The notes under the pieces were generated by a model. That model had not been told where the DNA came from, did not search any database, and worked only from the letters and a program-made list of their open reading frames with translations. From Balanoglossus misakiensis (taxonomy: Eukaryota > Animalia > Hemichordata), in assembly GCA_040954595.2 (NCBI GenBank), contig CM082596.2, forward strand, positions 5,530,791 through 5,594,790: a stretch of 64,000 nt of DNA, given 5' to 3'. How positions within the stretch are numbered: position 1 is the first letter of the stretch; every line of letters starts with the position of its first letter. Made by a program: the position numbers and the translations under genes. Below are positions 51,441 through 64,000 of this stretch, piece by piece.

Positions 51441-52652
51441 TTGTCCTGATTTGTGTGATATTGGAGATGGTCGCTGTGAGTAGAAAAAGCCAATGTTTTG
51501 CTCTGAGTAAAAACGTAAACACTGACGATTAGAAATCACTCACTATAAATACATAATAGAGTACGTACGTACGTCATGCGTCACGAGTACCGGGTAATTA
51601 ATCATTAGTCGGATATCTTGAAACTGCGGGGCAGGTTTTTATGAATGACGCACAAGCCCATGTATATGAAAACCGCGCCAAAGTGATTTACGAACAGGTA
51701 GCCGCATGTAACAGACGTGTCTGTACGTTTATTACTCCAGAAGTTAACTTGTGTTCGATGTCGTTTATATCTCGATATTTCCAATGTACATTGATGAGGG
51801 GGATGCGCCCACTTATAGGGAATAATTATACCTGATGAATATTTAATATGATAACACACATTCTTGTTGCGTACACAGTTCATGCATTATATCTCCCACG
51901 TTAGGTTAAAAGTTAACCGCGTCATAATTACATTTTAAATTCTGGACAGTTCTGAATGTTTATTCAACTTCAAAACGCAAATTGTCGATACATCCGGTGT
52001 AGATTCTTCGAACAAATAGTGGGCATAAATTTAATACCTGTAAGGTATGATATAAAGTTGGTGTGTCACCCTTTAATTAAGATGCTTTTAATCTATAAGA
52101 CTTGCAAGAACTTGAAAAAGTCTTAACTGTCCTACTTATTCGTGAACAGATTAATTGGTGAATATCAATTGTAAAGCGATTGGGACTCAGTTCTGACATG
52201 ACGTACGCACCGCGGACGGACGGTATAAAGGTACATGGTAAGGTGCCGGAAGTTATGTCGCCACCAACGGCGGGTATGACAAAAGTTGATGACGTTTGTT
52301 TTTTGTCGGTCCAGACCACTATGCATACAGTGTGTGGCTACGCTACCACGTCAGCTTTATTACAACAATAAACAAGGTTTTGATAAACAGAGTTTGAAAA
52401 AAAATCATCTTAAGACTTTTGCCTAAAAGCATGGCTTAAAAAAACTACTTGAGGTAAAATTCCTCCGAAAAAGCATTAGGTCTACAAACCATGCAAACTA
52501 ATACCCATGGAAAACTTTTTATTTTTTAACAAAACACAATACTGCTAAAGGAAGACCATGATTATAATCCGTTCTGTAAGCCTCTGAAGTTTGTCCAAAA
52601 CAAACAGTTGTACTTTTCATAGAGCCGTGGGTGGTACTGAATGTAGTTTAGT

Positions 52653-54138
52653 TTATGGTTTTGATTTTTTCTTTTTCATTTCTGCAATCAGTTTTGCATT
52701 TTCTGACAGACTTTTGGCATGTGCTGCTAACGATGCAGTCCTCTGTTCTGTGTCCTGAAGCTTATCACCTCTTTCAACTGTACTCTATCGAAAAGAAAAA
52801 AAAAACAGTAATAAAGTTACACGGTGAATAAGGGTACATTGGTTTATGAATCCTTTTGCAGACTTTTATGTGAAAGCTCAGACACACAATAACCTCTAAA
52901 GCTCTGAGGTCATTCAGTGACCCCAATTCTTACATTCAATCAATGAAAAACAATGCATCAACACTGAATGTCGCATGACTAACATGACAAGCATGTGATC
53001 CCGAATAAAAATGTGCAAGTCACAATAACTTTTCTTATCTGTGATTGATACTAGGCAATAGTTAATTCACCAACGTATCTGTTGTTTGGATCTCACTTCA
53101 TACAAAGAGTTCACTCTTGCACAGCTTAAAGACAGCACTGCACTTGGAATGTCACTGAAACATGCAAAGTGACATAAACCTATGAAAAATTGAAACTTCA
53201 TTTGTGATAAAAAATATGGTATTTTTTACTCACTTTATAAGCTGCTCTTGTCGCATCAGCTGTGGAAAGTGTTTTGGTTTCATCTTGACTGGAGTGACTT
53301 GATCCATCATCTTTATATCGCCCTGAAAAAAGGATAGAGTTACAATAATTTCAGCTGTCAAACCATTTTGGACATTCCTATTTGTGCTGGGCCCCCGTAT
53401 GCTCACTGAAAAATAGTTTTATGTAGTCCCTGACAAAAAAAATGGACATTGACATTTGACTGCTGGATTCTGTGGGGCAAAATGACCACCAGCACATTGG
53501 GACGGCAATATGTGGGCTTGTCTTTTTGAAACAAAAACACCCAGTAATAGCCTTTAAAATGTCCTTGATAACCAGTTGCTGGTATATTGTCACAATTACT
53601 TTCATGTAAACTGCACGCATAATTTCCACAGGAAGATGATTCAAAGCCTAAACATAGAAAATTTAGTTTCACACAGCGATTATATTTCACCAACACGTAA
53701 TGGTAAATTTGATTAAGTTTCATATGTGACATTTTCAGTATCATTGTATTGAACAGGAACACTGGAATATTTCATCTTAGCAGAAGTATCCCCCCCCCCC
53801 CCCCCCCGCATGAACTGATATGATATAGGGGTGTTACCTTTGCCTCTTTTCTTATCCATGAGTTTCTGTTTGAGTTTCTTCAACGGAGACTTTTTGTGTT
53901 TCTTTTTCACACTTTCAGAAGTTTCTTCCGTCGTGCTGCTGTCGGTATCCAAGAGAGGCGTCTTTTCTGTGGACTTTGACTTGTTTGTAGTACTTCCGTA
54001 TTTGCGCGCACTTCGCGCCGGCTGGGTTACCTGGACAGGTGGTGGTGTCGCCTCGTGTTTTGGGACCCCGGCCCCGGCCCCTTCCCCAAGTTCGTCTTGT
54101 TGACTCGAAGCCCGAAAACAGTCGGCACAGTTCCCCAT
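52653..54138 (-). CDS. Uncharacterised 173-aa protein: N-terminal myristoylation/palmitoylation motif, dileucine signal, C-terminal tomosyn/amisyn-like R-SNARE motif without TM
   Basis: Exons 53838-54138, 53234-53322 and 52653-52784 join in frame through canonical GT-AG sites. Translation: MGNCADCFRASS...STEKTPLLDTD...KKKHKKSPLKKLKQKLMDKKRGKGRYKDDGSSHSSQDETKTLSTADATRAAYKSTVERGDKLQDTEQRTASLAAHAKSLSENAKLIAEMKKKKSKP*. AATAAA on the minus strand at about 52518 and 52356. Confidence 0.8.
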
Positions 54139-55944
54139 CGAAATAACATCCAGGCGCTCACCGAGTTAAGAGTTACCGAACTTCACATTAGTGTTCGGCA
54201 CATGCAAATGAAATCCTGGAGTGTATTCCTGTAGCATTTTGCAAGTTGATCAGTGCTGTCCCCCGCGACGCAACAGGTTCGCCATAGATTCGCGCCACTT
54301 TCCGGGAAAATTTATAGTCAACTTCGAAGGACAAAAAGACCAGACTAGAACAGGGCTTCCATTACAGTACTAGTAAGATCTTACCACAAATTATCCAAAA
54401 GTTGTTTTGAGGGTATGACCTACTTCCAGCTGTACAATGTAAACTGTCCTGTCACCAGTCACTTTCCTTCGGCCATAACCTCGCTCTGATTGGCTAACGA
54501 TGTCGTAATAGAACCTCTAGCTTACTCGAATTATATTTGAGGATCTTCAACCCGGCCCATTTTCACACCAAGGTTCTTACCAAAATCGAAGTTCTTACTT
54601 TTTACAGCCTTAAAAGTCAAAAATACTCGGGGTTCCAGCTTGCAAAGTCATAGCAACCACAAAAATCACCACCTGGTATCATTAGCCAGAAGCAAAGTGG
54701 AAGAATATATCTCAGAAATAGAGCACAAAATTTGAAATCATGGGAGTATATGATTCAAAAGCACCTTTATTTGCTTTCAATTCATCACAATCTGACATGA
54801 AGTTTGAACGAAGGGGAGAGAGGAAATGTTCGTGACTGCTATGTTGTAGTATCTGAGAGGTGATAGGGGTGCTGTCAACCTTTAAATACTCGACCACACC
54901 ATTTTGTAATATAGTAATTCAGAAACACAAGTCTGTATCTTCTGTACAAAAACTTGTTCGATTACATCTATTCAACGGGTATCAGATCAAAAAATATGCA
55001 CTACCCCTACACCCCGAATCACTGGCATATCAACACAGAACAAATGGCATTGTGATTAGCTGGAGAATAAAAATACAAAGGAGAAATGACTCCTGTCTAA
55101 ACTGCACCTGTTTATAGTTCAGACCCAATGTTCATTTTCACAAATCGGCTGAGTGACATTGCCAGTATTGCAGAGTGCAATTGTGTCTTTCAACCCAAAC
55201 AATATATATACACAAAAAAACAACAACAGTATTACAACAATGGTAAAAATAAACAGTACGAGAATAAACTCAAACCAAAACACTTATGAAGTATGAAATT
55301 AATATAATATAAACAATGGGACTAAAAGATATTTGCACTACAAGTCATCAGTTTTTTCCCCACTGCCCTTTGTGAATTATTAAAATAGGGCTTTGAAGCC
55401 ACACCAGTCGCCTGTAAAAATCTGGCCATAAATAGATGCAAAAAGCCTATAGCTCACTCATTGATTTTCCCATAAGTGGCCACACATCAATGCACACAAA
55501 AAGCTAAGCCATTACTTTAGAACCCGCTCCTTTCTTACCATAAATGGGCATTATGTAAATTAAACGTGACTTGTACATCTTTGACCAAATATGGTCGCAA
55601 AAGGGGCCACACAAAGTGCATTTTATGTTACTGAGCTGTACTGTGAGAGAGATGCATCTAATAATTTACTGATCGTGTGTGACTGAGTAAACAGACTATT
55701 GGGGGAAAAAAGAAAATCTGTGGGGACTATAATATTAATGAGAAGTGCTGAAGAAAACGGGGCCAAGCCGCAGAAATTCACTGGTATATATATATCACAA
55801 CGTCTACATAAAAATGAAAGAAGTTATTGCAAAACATTTTCACTCCGAAGGAGCTCATAATTATGAAATTCACTGGAAAATAGTGATCACCTATTATAAG
55901 TAGTGTTCATACAAACTTTCCTTAAATTACTCGACTTTAGGACT

Positions 55945-58900
55945 TTACGATGAAGGGTTGGGAACTCGCAGGGGAAGCCGAGATCTATTTGGTGTGGGTA
56001 TTTTGGTGGCCTGCAACACTTTGCCATGGAGACCAATGATGCCTTTGTCACTGCATACAGACTCAGTGTCTGAGTTTTCCTTCTCGTGGTCTGATGATGA
56101 ATCAATTTCTTCAGGTTCGGGTAATGGTAACGTCGGTGGCTCTGGCTGCTGCTGCAAAAAATAAAACAAATGAAGAATACACTATTAGTAATCTCTCTCA
56201 AAATTATAATAACAAATAAAACTTATAATCAGTGTGCCTTCTCAGCCCATATGACGTGCACTGACTCAACAAACTCACTGGTGACTCAAGAAAATTATCC
56301 ACACTACATGCAAAGGTATAGGGCTGACTGAGAGAAATTTCTAAAAATCCTCAAATGGACGCAAAGCTCTTACACTGCTAATAATGAATTTTGAGGTGCT
56401 GCCAATGACATCGGACAAACACACAACAGCACGGGCACGACGTAACCACTTACCTGAGTACGGTCCTCTGTATCCGCGTCATCTTCAAACGGTATCCGAT
56501 ACGTTTCCATGAAATTGGCGATCAGCAGGTCGTGGGGTTCGGTTCTCTTCAAGTCTTTGGGATAGCGGAACTGCCGTCTCACAGGTGTGTTGCCTGTGGT
56601 CCAATCAAAGAACCAGGGTACATGTGAAAATTTTAGACTAAATCCAGGCGCTTTTCATGTTCAAATTAGGTGTCCTTATTATGACACATGTAAAACATGG
56701 CCACCCAAGTGAAAATTTGTGATTGGCTCGATCTCACCATCAAATCACCCCATGTCAATCATTTTACATACACCTGGCCATTGCCAAGTCATGGATGACC
56801 CATTGTGTCAGCATTGATCGTAAATCCATATTTACCTGTTGGGACATCGACTTTCAGGTCGTCCTGCAAGAACTTGTGTACATCGGTCACTCTTCTCTCA
56901 AGCTGACCCTTCATGAACTCCGACCACAGCTTCACGCCCGACGACTGATTGTTTATCGAGTCTGTTACCTCCGTTGTCTTGCCAACCATCCTCTCCTTCA
57001 TCGCATCGCCCGCTGTCTCCTGTGCCTTTGTCAGAGCCACTGTGGTTTGTGAAATATCCTGCAATGCACAGAAGACAATGATTACACTTCTAACACTACA
57101 AATTTGAACCCTGTCACCCCCATTTCCCTGTATAGAGGTCCAACTTTACCATAGAAAACAATGGATTTGGACCGAACCATGGTGATGAAAGAGTAAAGTG
57201 TAACCCTGAAATATAACATTACACAGCAGAATTTGCCCGCAAGGAGGATCTGAATAGATGTCTGGACACAACCCTCTATTGCATGCAACAACTAGAACTA
57301 AGATAATTTCAATAAGAGATTTTGCATTCATTCACTGACCTTAATTCCTTGTGTCTGCAATTCCACGTGTGTTACAACATTGTCTTTCATTTCTTGGCAT
57401 TTGGCAGAGACAGAGGCTATCACACTGATATTCTGTTGAAAAGCGAACAATCCAAAACACAGTTTTAAAATGATATAGTCACTTCCAATTCTTCAATATC
57501 CATTTAGTTGAGTTGATTTAGTTGAGTGACTGTCATTATTCAGGGAAAACAGGTGTAAACAAGTACTATTGAGAGTTTCTATCTCAGACATACCTCTCCG
57601 GCTTCATCACTGGATTGAATGGAAAACTCAGCCAACGACCTGGTATGCTTCGACGAGAACTCACTGGTTGTTGAAAGGACTGCGTCTGCATGTCTATATA
57701 ACAAAATATAAAATACATTACTACAGTACACTTCCCTCTGTTCAAAATTACATGTACAGTCTTTGTTTGCCTGATACATGTGTTGGAACAAGTATCTGAC
57801 TCCCTTAATTATTAACGGACACCAAGGACACTACAAAATCCAATGGAAAATATGCTCTGGAGAAGTGCTAATGGTCGCAATAGTTGAACACTATTCCTCT
57901 GATCCAATATTCACTACCATGCCAGACTGTATGTATGTACACAGATCGATAGATACTTACTGAACTGTGCTATCTGTCATGGTGGACAGACACTCCTCAA
58001 CATCATTCATTGCACTGGTATTCTGAAATATATAAAAATCGGGTGCTTATCAGATTGTTTCCAGTCTGATACAGTGTTTGCTTTTATTAATTTCAAAGTC
58101 AAAATTGTCAAACACTGACTGAAGAGTCCTTTTGGATAGGGCTCGGAATAGAGGGGTGAATGGGGAGTAACTGACCTCGGTGTGTTGCAACTCTGACCTC
58201 TCATGGCTTTCCTCCATCATGCTCTTCAGCGCGGCCAACTGGTTTGCCAAAGCGTCCACAACTGACATGGTTTGCTGTGTGTGAATATAGAATGAAATAA
58301 AAAACACTGATATACAGAACTCTAGTAGGAAAAGTGCTACAAGACGACACTGGAATCACTGGTGAGATTTCTTCTGACCTTGAGTTTTGAGCAGGTGAGA
58401 GTTCGGGGAAAAAACTCACCTTCTGAAATTGTCTTTTCTCCTCCACTTGCTGGTTGCATTTCCGATGGTAACCCTGGGCGATGGATTTGCCCTTCTCTTC
58501 GTGGGATCTCAGCTCGTCCTTCAGAGTCTGCAGCTGTTGGTGGCTTTGTTGTTGGTGCTTTTCTGTGTGTTCCACCCAGGCCAACAACTGGACAATCACA
58601 GCAACGGGTGAATAGAGGTGAAGAAAGCATACAATCAGTAAACCTAAGAGTTATATTTGGCAAACAAACATCATGTGATATACCGGTATGCCACACTGGA
58701 AACACATCAGAAGAATGGCCCAAAGTCAAACCTGTCTATAGTGGCCAGTCAAGGGACTTTCCTAAATTGGCCGTATAGACAGGTCAATTTGTACATGTAA
58801 ATTGCACAGGTACTATATAGAGGTGGCCACTAACACAGGTTTGGCTGTACTTAGTTTTGCTTACCTTTTGTTGACACTGGTATTTTTCCGCCTGTATCTT

Positions 58901-61900
58901 TCTGGACAAGCCACTGAGTGTCTGCATGACTGAGACCATCTGTGTAGTTACGCTGCATAGAAAACCCTGCAGTGTCTGGCATGCGTTACCCTGGTGGGAG
59001 AGGAAATGACACACGTCAGACTGACCAAAGAAATTCTGCAATTCCTCACCTCGAACTGAGTACATGTAAACCTTTTCTATAATTGTTTCTTGATAGAATC
59101 CACACTGACACCAAAGGTAATATTATCACTTGAATTATGACAGAAATTCGGAAATCTCACTGAGACAATATCAAAAACAAAACCTACGTCTTCAGGGTGC
59201 ATGTCAGATTCATTGCCTTGCAGACGCTGGCACTGGTCTAGGATGGTGTTACTCATCGTTGCTACGTCTACGCCGATTGCAGATACCGAGCTGCTCATCT
59301 CATTGAAAAACTTGTCTGTGAAACATCGCAAAGAAAATGGTCAGTCTTTATAGGAAAAAATGTTGACAAACTATTCATTTTTTGGACTGCATTTGTTTTG
59401 GTTGAATAAAACACAAATCAAAATTTTGCTATACGTATCAACTCCATTTGACTGCCAGACACTTCAATAAGACAAAGAGAAAGAACGCAAGCCAACGATG
59501 TAAGAGACAGACAAGGGAGTGTTGCAGATCCTGCATACCCACAGATATAACCATCTCACCTAGCCCATTTTGGAGACCGGCGAATTGCTGCACTTGTTTC
59601 TCGCAGTTCTTGGACGTGGTCTGCTGCATCTTGGCCAGACTTCCACTCATGCTCTGTTTGAATCGCTCCTGCTCGGACATGTTGTGGTGCTCCACGGCCC
59701 GCTTCCTGTCCAGTTTGTCGTGGACGCCGGTCAGGTCGGTGATACCGTCTTCTGTCGTTGACAACAACTGTAGGGTGGGGGGGGGGGGGGAGATTTTAAA
59801 GTTATGTATATTCAATACATATATATGGACAGAACACATGAACATTCCTATCACTTGATTTTTGGTCAATACCACAAAACAGTGTTACGGGTAGTTATTT
59901 TTTCACCAATGGGTACTGATCAGACACAGTCACACAGCAGAAAAAACTCACCTCCTCTGCCTGTTTGTAGAGATGCTCCTCTGTGTCAACCCGCACACAG
60001 ACCAAGTGCTGACTCTGGTCTCGCTCAATTACCACTTCTTTCAGATCCTAAAAATCATGGCACAAATTTTAGTTCAGAAGAAACGGCAAGGGTCTGTTCA
60101 ATGAATCTCATGCCTACATGCAGCAATCCGTTGATGAAATATCAAGTCACCATCAGACATACTGAAATCAAACGCTCCATTAAGATTCATTGCTAGATTG
60201 TGTTTCTCAAAATAGTCCTTGTAATGATGTGCATGCATAGCAGAAGAGGGCTCCTACTTTACCTGTTTTGTTTGGTGCAGTTTTGCTGAGGTGTCCTCCA
60301 GGTGAATTTCAGTTGTCGCAAGCTTCTCCGAGGTCTGTTCCAGTTCATTCTTTGTGTCTTGAAACAGGTCCATCATCTGCGATGGGATTAGGTGAGAAAA
60401 CAATCTTTATCAAAGATGTTAAGAACCAAGTTTTTGTGTGTTCACTATCAGTGTTCCGAGGAATACATACAGCTTCTAGCTACCCCAGGTAGGTCTGGAA
60501 GGCCACCATGAATATGGACGTGGTTCTACATTAACACTTCAAATACCTTTTTCATCTCTTCCTCCATGTTAGTAATCTTATTCTTCAGTTCTTCCACAGA
60601 ATGCGACTGAGATGAGATCTGGTTCTCCATTGTGCTGTAAACAACAAAATGAGCTGTAAGATATCGGTATAAAATCAACAGTGACAATACCATCATACCA
60701 AAACCACCAGCACTGTCACCACTTCACACCTGACCCCTTGCAAATGCCCAAGTGCAAAGAAACTGCTGGAAAATCTCACCTGTAGGTTTCCTTGGAGACG
60801 TAAAAACCGTCTTTCTCTCGCGCTGCATGCAAATCCTGCCGTAGTCTTTCAATTTCCTCTGTATATTGCTGCAAAAAAAAAACAGTTTTCGTTCACATTT
60901 AGTTTAATACATGCAAATTTTTTTTTCAATTCTGGAAAGCTACCATCAGTTCACAAAATCAAATGCACAGGACGCAGACTATAGTTTCAATGACTTTAAT
61001 CCACGTCTGACTCACCTTGATCAACGCTCTCTTTGTCATCTTCTGATTCACCTCGGGTCTGTTTGTGATGTTCCTGGCTCTGTGTGCATAGTCCAGGGTG
61101 CTCAGACTCTCCTGCAACACAACCACACAGCGACTGAAATCTTAGTCGTCATCACAAGGAGCAGTTGTGACTTGCCCTCTTGCTCTTCACTGAACAATCC
61201 ACATAATAGTCAATTGCTCTTTACAGACATGCACGAAAGTTTCAGGCAATGAAGCGAACACTAGTTCATAGTCAAAACTAAGTTGGATCTCATCTAGATC
61301 ACATAAGGAAAATTTAATTTTACAAACCTCTACATTGCAATGCGCTGGCGAAACTGTCGCAATGATGGAAGTCTTTGTACTGCCACCTAGGGAGTCCTGT
61401 AGAAGCCTGGTCAACTTACTCTCTCTGTGAAAAGAGCAATAACCAGAGCGAGCTGATGTGAAGTGGTATTACAAGGGTGTCAGTGACTGACAGATTTTCG
61501 AGTCAACTCCCCTTCAAACTGTCACACATAGGTGCTCTGAATGAGAAAGACCTCTGGCACTGTATGTTGTCCTAGTAGCAAATTTCTAGAGTCACACAGA
61601 GTTGCAAATATAGCTGGACACTGTGCCAAGATATGTTGGTAAGGTGTAGAATTCCAGAATTGTGGAGACATTTTGTTCCCCCCCCCCCTCACAAAGCAGT
61701 AGCAGTGCAGGGCATCAGATCTTACCTGTATGGTATATGGGGAGCATGCTCTGTCAGCGATGTGATGACCCGGCCGAGAGTCAGCAAACTTTGGTTGATG
61801 TTACCTAGGAAACCAAGAACAACAGAAAATTGTGGGCAATGCCGATTGATGCTAAAGCTAGGTCATCAATACCACTGGTATTGATCTCTGACAATGTGGC

Positions 61901-63899
61901 ACTAACAATCACACACACACATACTCACCAGCTTCTTTGGCTCTCCTGTCCACAGCCCCCGACTTGCCGATATTCTCGGACCCGGCCAGATCCACCAGGT
62001 ACAACTTGCCACATTTGACCATCTCCTCCCCGTCATTTGCCACCTCCTTGATGTGCACCAGTATTGTGAAGACAGCGTGCGATCGACTGTGAAAGGAAAG
62101 AGAACGTTGTTTTTACGCTGGTTTGCGACATAACTGATACATGACGTGCATGAGGGTACAAGACTGGTTAATGCCATAGACAGTGACTGCCTCTGGATGC
62201 AAATGAATGCCACAGACAGATTTCCTACCTGGAATGATCATTCATCTTGGTGGCAGCTGTCTGCCGTTTCTTCCAACCTGTTTCCAAGATATGGAACACT
62301 TCATTCTTGTCATGCACTGGCCTTTCCTCCAATCCAGATATCACAACAGAGCCCTGGAAACCGAAAAAATAACACCGATTTCAGTAAAACAACTTCCATG
62401 GCAAGTTATTTACAAAATATTGTTAGCACATGTTATATCTCAAAAATGAATCATGGCAAGGCGAGAAAGTTTTCACTTTGTCCGCTGGATAAAGAGAGAT
62501 AAAATATTTACCTTTTTAATAGTGTCTTCATACATACGCAGTTTACCGTCACCGTCACCCAGCAGATCAAACAGTTCCTCTTGGTAGATTTCAAGGAATG
62601 ACACGCGCACTGAAAACTCTACATTCATCACTTGCAGGGTTTCAAAGAGTTGATGCATGGACCTGGGAATTATACCAGCCAGTGGGTCCTGTGTGGGGGT
62701 TGGATCAGAGAAATTAGTGGTAGTGAAAACGACTTAGCTGTATGTCACAGATCACATATAGACCCTCCCCACTCTCTTACATGCCGGATTATTTTGTTTG
62801 ACTCACCTCATCCCATGAGATACTAGTATCCGGACTTCTCTCTCCTTCCATGGTGAAAGTTTTCCCGGTTCCGGTCTGTCCATAGCTGTTTTGCGATGGA
62901 ACACATAAACAATGGTTTAACCGAGATGAAAGTTGTGTGTGGTCGAACTTTGATCCACTCGTAGAATGACATAAACGGTGTCTTGTATCAAACAAAATGA
63001 AAAAAGAGCAGCGAGAGAGCGAGACTTTGTCCCTTTAAAGCCCTGGACAAAGTCTCTCTCTCGCTGCCTTTGTTGGCCAAACATTTGGTGCAGTCACGCA
63101 CTTAGAACGATTACAGAAAACTTACGCAAATATTGTACAGTTGTAACCCTGCAGTACTTCATCAACGATGGGTATGACCACAGACTTGTAGACATCAATT
63201 TGCTTGGCATGTGGCCCAAATACCTGCAAATATTGTTGTTATGAAAATTAGCCAAAAAGCGGTATTATATTCTGCAAATACTGAGGGAAGAACACTATGG
63301 CATACTGTGCTGTTTCAACCTGCTTTGACAGTTAAGTCTACAAAAAAAAATCTTACTTTGTCAAAACTAAAGGTTTTCTTGAAGGATTTTCCTGGTATAT
63401 CACATCCAACGCTGACTTGATTTTTCTTCTCATGAACAGATATTACAGACTGCTGTGACTTTTCTATGTCATTCAGTGGTCTGCAAAGGTAAATCAAATG
63501 TATTAGTTACATTTTCGCCACTTATAATATACTAGCCAGCAGTGTTTCATCCAGACAGGGCCCAGGCATTCACACCCTGTTGACAGTACCCCCTAGAAAT
63601 TTGTCAAAGGGGGACCCGAGTACCACTTGTGCTGTGGGACCCCCGTCCGTGTACTCAAGACGCGGTTGACCGTGTAAGCGTTTGTTTCTGATGAAATGAT
63701 CAATGAAGTGGACTTTACGAGAACATACTGAACCATAAAAACTAAATAACAAGTGACTTTTTGTTCGTGTTTATAATAATATGCCATCCCATCTCCCATT
63801 CCCAGATTTAAATACTTACCGACAACGAACGGCTACTTGAACGTTGGTTTCACGGGGTTTCTCCTTCGAGTTCTTCCCCGACCTATGAATAGACGTCAT
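55945..63899 (-). CDS. KIF11: Kinesin-5 (KIF11/Eg5/BimC family) mitotic motor, 25 exons, 1017 aa
   Basis: Exons: 63820-63899, 63357-63480, 63126-63223, 62807-62885, 62512-62688, 62229-62353, 61929-62086, 61726-61804, 61328-61424, 61016-61111, 60780-60868, 60547-60634, 60263-60376, 59952-60047, 59560-59767, 59188-59315, 58865-58990, 58420-58587, 58176-58274, 57961-58022, 57594-57693, 57340-57432, 56836-57058, 56454-56593, 55945-56151 (3054 nt). Motifs: [11 protein letters not shown]-loop GQTGTGKT, long L5 [53 protein letters not shown], neck [11 protein letters not shown], BimC box PTGNTPVRR. Confidence 0.95.
58723..58849. mobile_element. Second, inverted copy of the Tc1/mariner-type MITE in a KIF11 intron
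   Basis: agtcaaacctgtctatagtggccagtcaagggactttc...gtggccactaacacaggtttggctgta matches the reverse complement of 26829-26990. Confidence 0.75.
63008..63067. repeat. Near-perfect inverted repeat in KIF11 intron 3
   Basis: gcagcgagagagcgagactttgtcc / ggacaaagtctctctctcgctgc, 12-nt spacer. Confidence 0.85.
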
Positions 63900-64000
63900 G
63901 TCTGCTTCTTTGCAAAGTCTTAAAGATATTCTCTGTAGATTTTGCTCAATACAGGAGGCGAAAACCTGAGAAATCTCACGGTCAAATCGCTCTGCTCAAA

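Noticed and set aside
53713-53837. ORF-track C-terminus of the 141-aa ORF (NTPISYQFMRGGGGG...)
   Set aside because: Read-through into intron 1. The AAG/GTAACA donor at 53837 splices in frame to the SNARE-encoding exons.

Overview
Eukaryotic (animal) genomic DNA with GT-AG introns, microsatellites and MITEs. The style suggests a marine invertebrate, but the species cannot be determined from sequence. Three intron-rich genes all lie on the minus strand. (1) An LRP1 orthologue: signal-peptide exon at 50768-50846, 62 hand-reconstructed, phase-consistent constitutive exons (~3,540 aa), running off the window at position 1. (2) A 3-exon gene (52653-54138, 173 aa) with an N-terminal MGNCADC acylation motif, an EKTPLL dileucine signal and a C-terminal tomosyn/amisyn-type R-SNARE helix with no transmembrane segment. 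(3) A complete 25-exon kinesin-5 (KIF11/Eg5) gene (55945-63899, 1017 aa). Two observations stand out. The first is the apparently undescribed N-acylated R-SNARE architecture. The second is a set of candidate frame-preserving microexons/cassette exons (6-54 nt), found in each of the five longest internal LRP1 introns and flanked by strand-specific RBFOX, NOVA, QKI and UGC motifs and by RNA stems. All gene models are manual predictions without transcript evidence.
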